A stretch of DNA of 63,954 bases, filler included, from Aduncisulcus paluster (taxonomy: Eukaryota), in the NCBI GenBank assembly GCA_024181965.1. It is 7 parts of 7 records of this genome, joined end to end, with 100 filler letters (N's around TTAATTAATTAA, not from the genome) between each part and the next. Parts side by side here need not be neighbours in the genome. Positions count along the whole stretch, not along the records: positions 1 to 29,433 come from BQXS01011567.1; 6 more parts are not named here. One strand, written 5' to 3'. The notes under the pieces were generated by a model. The model ran no database searches. It was not told the origin of the DNA and was given only the letters and a program-made list of their open reading frames with translations. Position numbers and translations under genes: made by a program. Below are positions 10,645-21,890 of the stretch, piece after piece (position 1 is the stretch's first letter; the number at the start of each line of letters is the position of its first letter).

Positions 10645-13600
10645 TTAGAAAATAATCAGAGAGAAATCAGAGCGAGCAGTTGACACAGAATCCATTTCAA
10701 GGGCACCACATACTCCCTCGCAAACACTCTCTGAAACTCCAGAAAAACATCTAAACCCAAGACTTTTCACTGGTAAATCGAAATGCGTTAGGCACATATT
10801 CAAGTTTGCTCGAGACTTCTCATCCAATGAGAGAAACTCTCTACTGCCAACATTACTGTGAGCACATACTCTATAGTCACCAGACGTAGGTTCTTGCTTC
10901 ATAAAACGTGTGTGGGGGAAAGAGGAAGCCAACCGAGCAGAACTCACACCTTGGTATTGGTTATGCCCCGGAGAGGTAGAAGGATCAAGAACTGACGCTA
11001 ATTCAGATGTTTCTGATAGTTCATCCAAGTCATGGCAAGCTGAACACTCGGAATGAACAAAACTGTCACGTCTACCACGTTCATATGATCCAATTCTTAT
11101 GCGTTCCCTTGTTAGATCTTCATCTTCCTCATGATTTTCTGACACACTCTTCCGACGACCCCGTCTTTTCATTCTCCTCTCTTCCTCTTGCTCTGCGGTG
11201 GGGCGTTCCCACCATTCCAAGAACTCCCATACTTGTTCATCAAGCTCTTTCTGCATTATTGGATCAAATGAGCAGCCTTCCCTCTTCTTCCTGGACTTCA
11301 TTCGATCCAATTTCTTCACTTTTGAACGAGAACGTTGGGTAATAAGATCCTTACACAGTTCAGATATATACCTTCCTTTGTCAACAAGACTTGCTAACCA
11401 ACACTCCACCATTTTTTCCTGTACAAAGCCGTGAGGTACCGCCAGGAACCGGGAGAATGCTGTTGAAACGAATCCAGATGCCCTAAACACTTCCTCAAGC
11501 AAGGTTGTTCTCTGGTCTTCGATATATCTGGTAATAGTGAAGATTTCTTTGTAACCTTCGAAGAAATGGACAAGATCTATTGCTTTGCTCTGGCATAGGA
11601 CAAATAATCCTTCTTTACAGTGCCTTGTTCTCTCAAAGTAATTAAATGATGATGTGTGGACAAGTGTGAGGACATTAAACTTGAGGCAAGGGTCTGAACA
11701 ATGTTTTGGACGATGTTTCTCGTATTCCTTTATGGATAGATAAGTATCAAGAAGAACTTCTGGGGGTAACGAGGGTAATTGGATTCCTTCGAGAACCTTA
11801 GATATTGGTGCTTCTGCGGCTATGGTAATGCTGACATCATCAAGAGAGTCCTCTACATCGCCATATGAAATTTCCTCCTCAGAAGTCGACCCTACATCAC
11901 GTGTCTCTACCGGGTATTCTGAACCCTCTGAACTATTCATGTATTGTTTTTGCTTATCGTCATGGACAATCACATTGGGAACAACTGTCTCATCTTTGAT
12001 GGAAGGATTTGAAGTAATTTCAGAGTTATTCCTCGCAAAATCTTTATCTTTATCCTCAAGAGCTAACATTTCTAATTGATGAGCGATGAGTTTCTCTTCA
12101 TCTTCCAATCTTTTCCTTTCTTTAAGTTCTTCTCGTAGAATCCTTTCTTTTGCTCTCTGTTTTCTTTCTTGTTCTCTATGTCTTCTTCTTTCCTCCTCTT
12201 TCTTTCTTCGTTCCTTGGCTCTCTTCTCTCTCTTCTCCTTGTTCTGGCGTTTCCTATATTGTCGAAGGCGTTCACTTTTGCGTCTATCCTCTATTCTCTC
12301 TGACCATGCATTCCGTTCCACCTTTTCGTCGCCACGATACGAATCACACCGCAGGCCTGACCACATGCATCCCTAACNNNNNNNNNNNNNNNNNNNNTCA
12401 TCTTCCAATCTTTTCCTTTCTTTAAGTTCTTCTCGTAGAATCCTTTCTTTTGCTCTCTGTTTTCTTTCTTGTTCTCTATGTCTTCTTCTTTCCTCCTCTT
12501 TCTTTCTTCGTTCCTTGGCTCTCTTCTCTCTCTTCTCCTTGTTCTGGCGTTTCCTATATTGTCGAAGGCGTTCACTTTTGCGTCTATCCTCTATTCTCTC
12601 TGACCATGCATTCCGTTCCACCTTTTCGTCGACCACGATACGAATCACACCGCAGGCCTGACCACATGCATCCCTAACACACTCGTCGGCAGCAACTTCC
12701 CCGCGGGGGTCAGACCGATCCTTGTGAACAAGGAGATTGGCTGTGAACAGTGTGTGTGTCGTGTGAATGCAAGGACCGTGGGAAGGGGGGAGAGAGGCAA
12801 GCGGAGATATTGTTGAGGATAATGGACCCATAGAAGATGGGGTCCTGAATAAATTAACGTGGGACGAGTGCTTTATATGTTTGGGGGAAAATAATAATAG
12901 AAAATGCGTAATGATATAGGCCAAAAAGAAAGGGAACGAAGGAGAGTTGGAGAGGTGAGAAATCATTCGCAATTCAGCTCGAGCTCTCTCCTCGGTCATT
13001 GCCTTATCCCGTTCAAGGTGTGATTGAGCTCGCTGTCGTTGGGTGGAGATGTCACGAGAATCGAGAGAAGGAACAACTTCCAAAAATAGAATAACTCTAA
13101 AATTAGAAATGAGATATGTTGTTACAAGGCGTTCACAGAGCTCTCTTCCCAAAATATCGACATATTGAGAAAAAGATAGGCCTGGGGAGGATCGAAGCAA
13201 GGATTTGGTGGATAATGATGACATAGGAATATGAGTATACATGGCATAGTGATCAATAACATTAACATCCCGAATAATCTTCGCAAGGGGTCGTAAAACA
13301 TGATCTTCGCCCAAAGGAAGTGTTTTGACTCTGTATTTTCGCCGGAGACGATCCTTTTCTTCCTCCGTTTTGGCCCGTGCAATTCTTTGCGAAATTTGTG
13401 ATGAATATATATTTGCCACACTNNNNNNNNNNNNNNNNNNNNAGTATACATGGCATAGTGATCAATAACATTAACATCCCGAATAATCTTCGCAAGGGGT
13501 CGTAAAACATGATCTTCGCCCAAAGGAAGTGTTTTGACTCTGTATTTTCGCCGGAGACGATCCTTTTCTTCCTCCGTTTTGGCCCGTGCAATTCTTTGCG

Positions 13601-14423
13601 AAATTTGTGATGAATATATATTTGCCACACTGCAAACCTCAAAAGCTACCCTTAACATCTTTGCCAGTTGGATCACACGATGCTCGAGAGAGTGCATGAG
13701 GAATAGATGGTTAAGGGATGGAATATCGAGAGTGAGAGTCACAGAGATCTGAACCTTGCCACTTTTAAGTGATTCAGAGATCGTTTGAAGCCTTTCATGT
13801 ATGTAACAACTTGTCTCATCGTCCATCAAACCTTTATCATACGTTGATGGGGCTTCAGTGTCATGTTCTGTATCTGGTATTTCATGTGGAGAAATAGGTT
13901 TAACCTGTGTGATTGGGCTGTCAGCATCAATAGAATTCTCGATAATGCTTAATCCACTCCCATTACCATCCATAATTTCGCTAAGGAGATCTGCTTGATC
14001 AAATATCTCCTTTTCTCGTGGATCTATCTCCTTTTCACGTGGATCTCTTTGTGACATTGGAAGTTGAATTGTGGACTTCCTTCTTTGTACGGAACTTCGC
14101 CTTTTCGATATTTTTGAGGAAGGGGCAATTCCCATAAGACCATTAACGATTATTTTTGCTCCTTTTTTACCTTTTGCTTCAACTACAATGGTTTTTAATT
14201 CTACTATCTTCGGAATTGACCGTAATGAAAGATATTCTGGGCTTAAACTCATTTTTTCACTTTCTTTTGAAAATGGATCTCTTCCAAGCTCTCCACCAAA
14301 AGCTACTCCTGAAAGATATGTCATTTTCCCCGTTTGATCTTGTTCGCTCTCAGGGATTGTTAATATCACTCTAGGTCCGAGTCTATCATCAAATACGATT
14401 AATGAAAATTGAAAATCGCTCAT
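10645..14423 (-). CDS. Longin/uDENN-like domain protein with a central charged coiled coil; one gene split by two gaps
   Basis: N-terminal FSLIVFDDRLGPRVILTIP resembles the F-x(n)-FD-xxx-GP longin motif of NPRL2/folliculin/C9orf72/DENN proteins. Three ORFs overlap through duplicated gap flanks. Confidence 0.55.
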
Positions 14424-15066
14424 AAATGCTTATTATACATAAAATAAATATAAATAATACTGAATTAGGTGAAATATTAGCCAAAACTGGGAATATAAGG
14501 TTGAGGGGTGAAAAAAAGCGCAAAAGGGAATAATTGTGTTTAAACAGAGAGTTTTTATTCGTGATGATAAATGGAGACAATTTGATTTCGCAAAAAACTC
14601 CGATCATGAGCTTGTGAGAAAAAAACTTTGTTTTCGGTTAAAATAATTCTACTCGGGGAAACAAAAATAGAAAGAGTATGTGATCTTATCAAAATTGATA
14701 GAGGGATGATCAGAAAGATAGCTTGAAAATATGTTTTTTCGATACGGCGTATATGGAATCGTTGATGAATACTGCGCTAACAATTAACTCTTTTGAANNN
14801 NNNNNNNNNNNNNNNNNTGAATTAGGTGAAATATTAGCCAAAACTGGGAATATAAGGTTGAGGGGTGAAAAAAAGCGCAAAAGGGAATAATTGTGTTTAA
14901 ACAGAGAGTTTTTATTCGTGATGATAAATGGAGACAATTTGATTTCGCAAAAAACTCCGATCATGAGCTTGTGAGAAAAAAACTTTGTTTTCGGTTAAAA
15001 TAATTCTACTCGGGGAAACAAAAATAGAAAGAGTATGTGATCTTATCAAAATTGATAGAGGGATGA

Positions 15067-16578
15067 TCAGAAAGATAGCTTGAAAATATGTTTTTTCGAT
15101 ACGGCGTATATGGAATCGTTGATGAATACTGCGCTAACAATTAACTCTTTTGAACTAATTCTATGACTATTAACCTCGATTGAAGACAATAAAACCGATT
15201 CGACATCTCTAATCCAGCGATCTAAGGGCCAAGACTCGTCAGCTTGAGGAGCCTCCTCAGTCCCCTGAGAGGACTTCTCTGAATCGGATTCAGAAATCAC
15301 AAGTGGAGAACATGAAAATTCCCTATCCTTGAATTCTAATACATGGACTTGATTCATTTCAAATATAATGATTTCGATAGAATTTGATTCTTTCTTCTCT
15401 CTGGAAATTATACATGAAGGAGAAGACTTACATTTCATAATTAAAATGGGCTTCGATGAGACGGGATAACACATACAAAAGACATCAACACCTTTCGAAT
15501 AAAATATCCATAGATGGGAGAAAGAGGAAAGGATAGATAGATTAGAAATCGAACAAGACTCTCGAACGTGGGCTGATTGATTGGATGTTGAATCAAATAC
15601 TTGAAGATACCCTGAATTACCAGATATAACAATATATTGGTTTGAAACAAGGGCATAACGAGTTGAATCAACACGAGTAAAGGGATATACTTTCTCGATC
15701 ACAGGTTGTCGCTCAAGTTTAAGGTTTGGAAACAAAACAGACCGAACAAAATGAGCTGTGGAACTTGGAATACAGAGCATTCCAGAAGGATTTGATGGAC
15801 ACGGGAGGATATATGAATCAACAATATCATCCTTAATATCGAGACCTTTGGTACTTCTGGCTAATATTCTCTCATTTTCAAAGACCAATCTAGCGTGAGA
15901 ATCTAATGAAATGGATGAATAATGCAAATTCTGATCGGAAAATAAAGTAATGAGGTGGCCAGAAGGATGAAACATAATATCTTTGATACTGACTGTGAAT
16001 GGTGTAGATATGGGGAGATTAACAGTTTTTTGTGGACAGCCCATCCCTACAAAACTTGTACGGATGCCATCATCCTTCGTGGTTTCAACAAATGTCTTGT
16101 CAACAATACGAGGACCTCTAGACCTCGTTTTTTTGCCCCTTTTGCGTTTATATTTCATAACCTCATCCTCAAATAAGCTTTGTTCCACTGTTTGAGTTGA
16201 CGAAGGTTTTGGAGGCTTCGGATTGAGTATGCTGAAAGACCGAACTCTTGTTTTCGGCATTAGCCAAGTGAAGCCTGGGATAGTTTCACCGCAAATAGAA
16301 AGAACAAGCCCTGTTCTTTTCTTAAATGTCTCTTCAACGGGATTCATTTTTTTAACACCTCGATACATTGAGATCGTCGATTGAGTATGAATAGGGAAGG
16401 ATAAAGGCCTACAATGATTGTCAATTGGATTAAAAATAAAAGGGATAGAAAATCCATTGTCGTATATCAATAGGAAGGATGAAGATTGAAGAGTGATCAC
16501 TTTGATCCGAATATTCTTTCCAAATAAGGACGTAATCTCTCCACATTTCTTCATATCAAATTTAGGAGCTTTTTCCAT
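15067..16578 (-). CDS. Hypothetical protein, beta-rich (possibly a degenerate propeller)
   Basis: ~503-aa ORF from the first in-frame ATG (16578). WD-like fragments IKDIMFHPSG and ISGNSGYLQVFD. Confidence 0.6.
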   Translation of the reverse strand: MEKAPKFDMKKCGEITSLFGKNIRIKVITLQSSSFLLIYDNGFSIPFIFNPIDNHCRPLSFPIHTQSTISMYRGVKKMNPVEETFKKRTGLVLSICGETIPGFTWLMPKTRVRSFSILNPKPPKPSSTQTVEQSLFEDEVMKYKRKRGKKTRSRGPRIVDKTFVETTKDDGIRTSFVGMGCPQKTVNLPISTPFTVSIKDIMFHPSGHLITLFSDQNLHYSSISLDSHARLVFENERILARSTKGLDIKDDIVDSYILPCPSNPSGMLCIPSSTAHFVRSVLFPNLKLERQPVIEKVYPFTRVDSTRYALVSNQYIVISGNSGYLQVFDSTSNQSAHVRESCSISNLSILSSFSHLWIFYSKGVDVFCMCYPVSSKPILIMKCKSSPSCIISREKKESNSIEIIIFEMNQVHVLEFKDREFSCSPLVISESDSEKSSQGTEEAPQADESWPLDRWIRDVESVLLSSIEVNSHRISSKELIVSAVFINDSIYAVSKKHIFKLSF

Positions 16579-16715
16579 ATCAAATAACAACAAAAAAAGG
16601 GATGGGGACAATCTGAGTGTCCTTCATCCGAACCAGATTTATTGTTTCATTGAAAATGAATCAATGATGATACTAGAGAGATATTTTTATTAGTAATATC
16701 AAAAAATATCAATTC

Positions 16716-18389
16716 TTACCAATTCCATATTTTGATTGTTCCATCCCAACCACCAGTGACAATGGCAGAATGATCCACAATCGAATGTATACCCATCCAT
16801 GGTCGATTACTGGAACAATCAAGGTCCATAATTCTTCCTTTATGAGCTGAAATCTCGATTGAGGGAATATAATCTCCATGAATAGTCTTAAAAATATTAT
16901 TATTCCAAATCTTCATTTTTCCATCACTTCCAACCGTGACAAGATTTGTATGAATATGGGAATCCCGAGAATCGGAACATGGATCAATAAGAGCATGTTT
17001 AAATCCAGGAAATGATTCACAACATTCATGAAGAGTGTCTTCGCTAACAGATTCAGCTCTTGTTATTTCATCGCCCATGCAACAATCTGTACAAGGCGAC
17101 GATAAATATTTCACACCTCTCACCCCGGAATCATGAGCAAATACTCGTGAGATAGGTTCTCCGCCCATTGTTCTCAAATCCCAAATTAGAACCATCCCAT
17201 CGAATCCTGATGTAGCCATAATCGAAGGTATCATAGGATGTCCATCCACACTCGTAACACCTTTTGTGTGGTAACGGAGACAGGCAACGGGGTTTGGGGT
17301 TCGCATATCCCAGACCTGAGCCACACCATCGAGCGAGGTAGATACAAAAATAGAACCATCTGGGTGAGGATATATCCCTGTAACAGGTTGAGAATGTCCT
17401 GTTTGAACAAGGAACTCATTCTCTCTCTCAATATTCCAAGCACTTACCGATCCATCGCCATTCCCACAGAATAGAACGTTTGGCATATGAGGATGAATTT
17501 TCAAGGAAGAGACACACTGAGTAGCGAACTGGGGAATGTAGGAGGGTGGGGAATGAGATAGCACAGAGATAGGAGGGAGTATAGGAAGATGCTTATCGGC
17601 ACAATATCCTTCATCTTCATCTTCATCTTCAGATGCATGTTCAAAGGAGGCATCTTTTACAGCCTTAGTATCCAATGGTTCGTCTTCTTCATCTTTTCTA
17701 TCATGGTCAGATTTCGCATGCCCATCTTCTTCTTTTTGGGTTGCTTTGGAATCATCTTTGGCCATTCGTTTCACATCATAAATTCTTAGAGTTCCCAAAG
17801 CATCTCCAACACAGATTAGATCATTAATCCCGCATCCACATGTTGTCCTAAGGTTCCTCTTATTTCCACCACACATACATAGAGGCTCCCCTGTGAATCC
17901 ATCACTTACAAAGACATCACCTGTGAGGGAAGATGAGAGGATATGGAAAGGGTTCTTTGGAGTGTCTTCGAGAGGAGGTGAATGAAGTTGAGACTGCACA
18001 GTATGCTCATTCAAGGCATGACTGGTCAGTGAAGGGAGAATATGACAAAATGTAACGGGTCGAGGGTGAGTATAAATGCAAGGAATGGATGATATTGAAA
18101 ATAAATGGGGGTTAATTGGATTTCTGATAATTGATGAACCATCTGACATTTTTTTCTTTTGATAAATCCCATCATGCCGAAATAAAGGTACTGGAATTGG
18201 GGGTACAAATTTTGTACATGATTGGGGATGAATCCTATCCTTCTTCGATTTGCTCTTTTCATCTGCTGAAATTTCTCGTTTCTCTCGTTTTATCCATCCT
18301 AAACAATCACGTTCCCATTTCAATCTTGCACTTGCAAAAGAAGTTGAAGATTTTGCAGTTGTACGTCTGAATTCTAGTAGATCATCCAT
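16716..18389 (-). CDS. PRPF4: U4/U6 snRNP WD40 protein Prp4-like
   Basis: PRPVTFCH, EFLVQTGHSQPV...HPDGS...LDGVAQVWDMRT, AHKGRIMDLDCS and terminal WDGTIKIW parallel Prp4 (DRPISYCH, EILHQEGHS...DGSL...LDAFGRVWDLRT, GHEGKVMGLDIS). Confidence 0.75.
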   Translation of the reverse strand: MDDLLEFRRTTAKSSTSFASARLKWERDCLGWIKREKREISADEKSKSKKDRIHPQSCTKFVPPIPVPLFRHDGIYQKKKMSDGSSIIRNPINPHLFSISSIPCIYTHPRPVTFCHILPSLTSHALNEHTVQSQLHSPPLEDTPKNPFHILSSSLTGDVFVSDGFTGEPLCMCGGNKRNLRTTCGCGINDLICVGDALGTLRIYDVKRMAKDDSKATQKEEDGHAKSDHDRKDEEDEPLDTKAVKDASFEHASEDEDEDEGYCADKHLPILPPISVLSHSPPSYIPQFATQCVSSLKIHPHMPNVLFCGNGDGSVSAWNIERENEFLVQTGHSQPVTGIYPHPDGSIFVSTSLDGVAQVWDMRTPNPVACLRYHTKGVTSVDGHPMIPSIMATSGFDGMVLIWDLRTMGGEPISRVFAHDSGVRGVKYLSSPCTDCCMGDEITRAESVSEDTLHECCESFPGFKHALIDPCSDSRDSHIHTNLVTVGSDGKMKIWNNNIFKTIHGDYIPSIEISAHKGRIMDLDCSSNRPWMGIHSIVDHSAIVTGGWDGTIKIWNW

Positions 18390-18826
18390 ATATTAGAAGA
18401 AAATAAACTATATATAAAAGAAAATATTTGAAAAAGAAAAATAATACGAATTTTCTCTTTCTGATATAGCTTCAAAGACATTTTTTCTTTGATGTTTTGA
18501 TTCTCTGCTTTTCTCAGTCTTAATTTTTTTATTGTTGTATTTATTATACAAATAAAGGTTTGAAAATTCTTTATTTTAAAGCAAACTAACAGTAATGCAG
18601 CCTAGAAATACAAACTTGTGAAGCTCGTAAAATAGAGATAATCTCCGGTATATCATATAAACTACGATATTTACCTAATGAAAAGTGATTGAATCGATCG
18701 ATTAAATTATGCTTCCTTTAAAATTCAATTAGCAAGAATGGTTTGTGATATTTTGAGTTCATTGGAGATATTTACTCAATAGTAGGAAGCGCATATTTGT
18801 GCATAAAGACATAACATATTTATAAA

Positions 18827-20491
18827 ATGTTTGAAAATCAGAAAAAAATCGGTGAGGGGACATATGGAGTTGTATTTCGCGCTGAAGATACTTCTGATGG
18901 AAATAAGATAGTTGCCATAAAGAAAATTAAACTTGGAAGTCAGGATGAGGGTATCAATATTACAGCTATTCGTGAAATTAAAATTTTACAGGAATTAGAT
19001 CATAAAAATATTATCACAATCAATAGAGTGCTCCTGAAAAGCAAAAATATATATCTGGTGATGGATTATATCCCTCTTAGTGTTGAGCATCTGTTATCAA
19101 TTCATATCCCTATTCCTAAACAAGTGGCTAAGATGATGATGCGTCAACTTGTCGAAGGTGTTGCTTACCTTCATGCTAATTTTGTTCTTCATCGTGACCT
19201 TAAACCTGGAAATATGTTGATTGATAAACGGGATGGAAATATTAAGCTGATTGATTTTGGACTTGGAAAGCCTTTTGGAGATCGGGATATGACTTACACG
19301 CCTGGAGTTGTAACTCCTTGGTACCGTGCCCCAGAAGTCATCCTTCAAACGCCTGTGTATGGATGTCCGATTGATGTTTGGTCAATTGGATGTATTATTG
19401 CCGAGATGATCACAAAGTCAGCTCTATTTCCATATGAGGCTGAAATGCCACTTATGCGTCGTATATCTGCAGTTATTGGGCCATTGACAACGGATATATG
19501 GCCTGGAGTTCGTGAATCTCATGCATTCAAATCGTATGGAACCATTGATTTTTACAATGATCCTTTGGTATCGGTCATCCGGATGCCTGAAGATTGTGAT
19601 CTCCCATCTTCATATCCATACCTTAAGAATGCAATTGGAACACAATGTAACGAGGAACAACTTGTTCTGCTTTCTCATTTACTTCAATGGGATCCTGCGA
19701 AAAGATTGACAGCTCAGCAAGTACTTGAACTTCCATATTTTAAACAAGATTTGAAACAAGGACAAGATTCGATGCAGAAAATTAAATCTTTCCTGGAATT
19801 GGTTGAGAAAAAAGAATCTCACACAAGGGATGTCGGAAGCAAGAAATCCAGAGATAAAAGGAGAGTTTTACGTCAAAAAGAGAGGGAACGTGCAAGAAGA
19901 ACGTCAGAGAAGAAACATTCATCCGTGGGCCATGTATCTGATTCGTCTGGGGGAGGTTTTCATTCATTCACGTCCTCCTCCTCTTCTTCCTCTTTTCCTT
20001 CTCACTCAACGAATCCAAAAATAGACTCTGTTCTCATTGATGTTGGTTCTTCTTCCGTCATGACCGCATCCTCCAAGATCTCGTCTTCTGGTGATCCTAA
20101 GCATGAGGGAACTTACGTCGAGGCTTATTCAAACACCCCGATGCATCCCGCTCCTCCACCAAACTTCAACCTTTCGATGGGAACCACGCCAGCCATGATC
20201 GGTCAGCCCATCATGGGGGTCGGAATCACTCCTTTTCATGGGGATACTTCTTCTTCTTATCTCGCCAAGGAAGAGGATGATAGTAGTCGTTTATCCAGTG
20301 GAAATGTGGTTGCTCCAAGGAATCCTTTCTCTTCGTCGGCTCATTTTGTTGGAGATGGAAGTGGCGTTGCAAGCACTGACGGAAAGGAAGAGGAGAGAAG
20401 TAGCTCCGTGAAACATCGTGGAAGGAGGAATCTCAGCCAGGAATTGGATAGACTTGCAGGAGATAGTGAAGAGGATTCGTCACAAGGATAA
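18827..20491 (+). CDS. CDK7: Cyclin-dependent kinase, CDK7-like, with a long Ser-rich tail
   Basis: GEGTYG, VAIKKIKLG, GINITAIREIKILQEL (CDK7 has GINRTALREIKLLQEL), HRDLKP, DFG, and T-loop YTPGVVTPWYRAPE. Confidence 0.75.
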   Translation: MFENQKKIGEGTYGVVFRAEDTSDGNKIVAIKKIKLGSQDEGINITAIREIKILQELDHKNIITINRVLLKSKNIYLVMDYIPLSVEHLLSIHIPIPKQVAKMMMRQLVEGVAYLHANFVLHRDLKPGNMLIDKRDGNIKLIDFGLGKPFGDRDMTYTPGVVTPWYRAPEVILQTPVYGCPIDVWSIGCIIAEMITKSALFPYEAEMPLMRRISAVIGPLTTDIWPGVRESHAFKSYGTIDFYNDPLVSVIRMPEDCDLPSSYPYLKNAIGTQCNEEQLVLLSHLLQWDPAKRLTAQQVLELPYFKQDLKQGQDSMQKIKSFLELVEKKESHTRDVGSKKSRDKRRVLRQKERERARRTSEKKHSSVGHVSDSSGGGFHSFTSSSSSSSFPSHSTNPKIDSVLIDVGSSSVMTASSKISSSGDPKHEGTYVEAYSNTPMHPAPPPNFNLSMGTTPAMIGQPIMGVGITPFHGDTSSSYLAKEEDDSSRLSSGNVVAPRNPFSSSAHFVGDGSGVASTDGKEEERSSSVKHRGRRNLSQELDRLAGDSEEDSSQG

Positions 20492-20855
20492 TATTAATCA
20501 TTGAATGAAAGAATAGATTAGGAATTTACTATCGTTTTTTAGTACAGTATAGTACAGTACCATCACGACAACACTCTTTTGCTTGTCTGAAGAGCCGTCA
20601 TTGAACCTCGCCGATGGCCATCACTGGATATGTAGCCTTTCGATCGCACAAGAACCCAGACTGACGCTGACAAAACACCCTGTTTAAAATTCATGGCATT
20701 ACTGTTCAATGATATTGCAACTTGTCACATGTAAATCACATTTATCACTCTCAATGATTCATTTGTGATATTTTTCAGAATCCGTTTTTGTGGTAAAACA
20801 AGACGTAGTATTATTGCATTTTACAAGATCTCAATTGATTGGGAATAAACTCTTT

Positions 20856-21446
20856 TTAAAGCGACTTTAAATACTTTAATAAACTTCGAACAGCGTTTCC
20901 TCTATGAGAAAATGAGACAATAGTTTCAGTATCCCCGATTTCAGAGATTGTCTCGGTCATTCCGTCGGGGATAAAAACAGGATAAAATCCATATCCTTTT
21001 AAAACAGAAGGTTCCTTAGCAATTGTCCCAGAGAGTTTGCCAACGAAAACCTTGACTTCTTCTCCAGGACCACCACAGTAAGCATAAGAGGCAAGTGCAA
21101 CTGCTGATCGATCATCAAAACCATCCAACATCCTTGAAATCGCAGTTACTCCACTATTGTTAATGAAATCTTTTATATATGGTCCTGGCATCCCTTTAAA
21201 AGCTGTGAGACACAGTGAGGTATCATCGACGACAACTGGGCCTTTATAGGCTTTTGCTGCATCTTGAGCTTTGGCTATCACAACTTCTTCAGGAGTTCCT
21301 TGAATTTCAGGAAGGTCTATTTTCTCGTTAATCAGCTCAATTCTCCTCTCTCCAGGTTTCACATCTTTCTGCTCATGATCAAGCACACATTTGACTTCTT
21401 TTAATTTTGTTCGATTTCCTGTTATGAAAGCTAATGGTTTTGTCAT
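20856..21446 (-). CDS. ITPA: HAM1/ITPase-family nucleotide pyrophosphatase (divergent)
   Basis: FITGNxxKLKE, LPEIQG, VVVDDTSL, GMPGPYIK and SHR motifs. Probable start ATG at 21446. Confidence 0.9.
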   Translation of the reverse strand: MTKPLAFITGNRTKLKEVKCVLDHEQKDVKPGERRIELINEKIDLPEIQGTPEEVVIAKAQDAAKAYKGPVVVDDTSLCLTAFKGMPGPYIKDFINNSGVTAISRMLDGFDDRSAVALASYAYCGGPGEEVKVFVGKLSGTIAKEPSVLKGYGFYPVFIPDGMTETISEIGDTETIVSFSHRGNAVRSLLKYLKSL

Positions 21447-21627
21447 TGTTTTGTGTCCCAAACGTGATAATTAACCCACTGGGGTTAGTTGGCAACTCGA
21501 TGATTTCTAATTAACTCTATTTTGTATTCTTCAGAAAAATCAATAAAGTTAAGAATAATTAATAAATAAAGTTAGTTTAGAATGAAGATGTAAGAATCTA
21601 GCGGTTACCGAAAATTTTCTTTTAAAA

Positions 21628-21700
21628 AGGTTTCGCCGGGATTCGAACCCGGGTTGTCGGAATCAGAACCCGAAGTGATAACCAGCTACACTACAAAACC
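21628..21700 (-). tRNA. tRNA-Gln, anticodon CTG
   Basis: Cloverleaf: acceptor GGTTTTG/CGAAACC, anticodon arm TCGGG-TTCTGAT-TCCGA, T arm CCGGG-TTCGAAT-CCCGG. An oligo-T Pol III terminator follows. Confidence 0.97.
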
Positions 21701-21890
21701 GTAGCCTTTACATTTTAGTTTTTTATATACAAAATATTGAAATGATTTTTTAAAAATGAGAAAAGAAATATGAAATAGAACTTGATTGAGTATTTTATGC
21801 ATAATATATGTGTTCTTTCTTGAAACTACTCATGTACACTGTGATTATGGTAATGATGTGAGAAGTCGGTTTTCTTCGACATTCACTACA

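Noticed and set aside
21628..21700. tRNA-Gln as a TAA/TAG-decoding tRNA (alternative code as in hexamitid diplomonads)
   Set aside because: The anticodon is CTG, and conserved genes such as eIF5A and Arl3 end at TAA.
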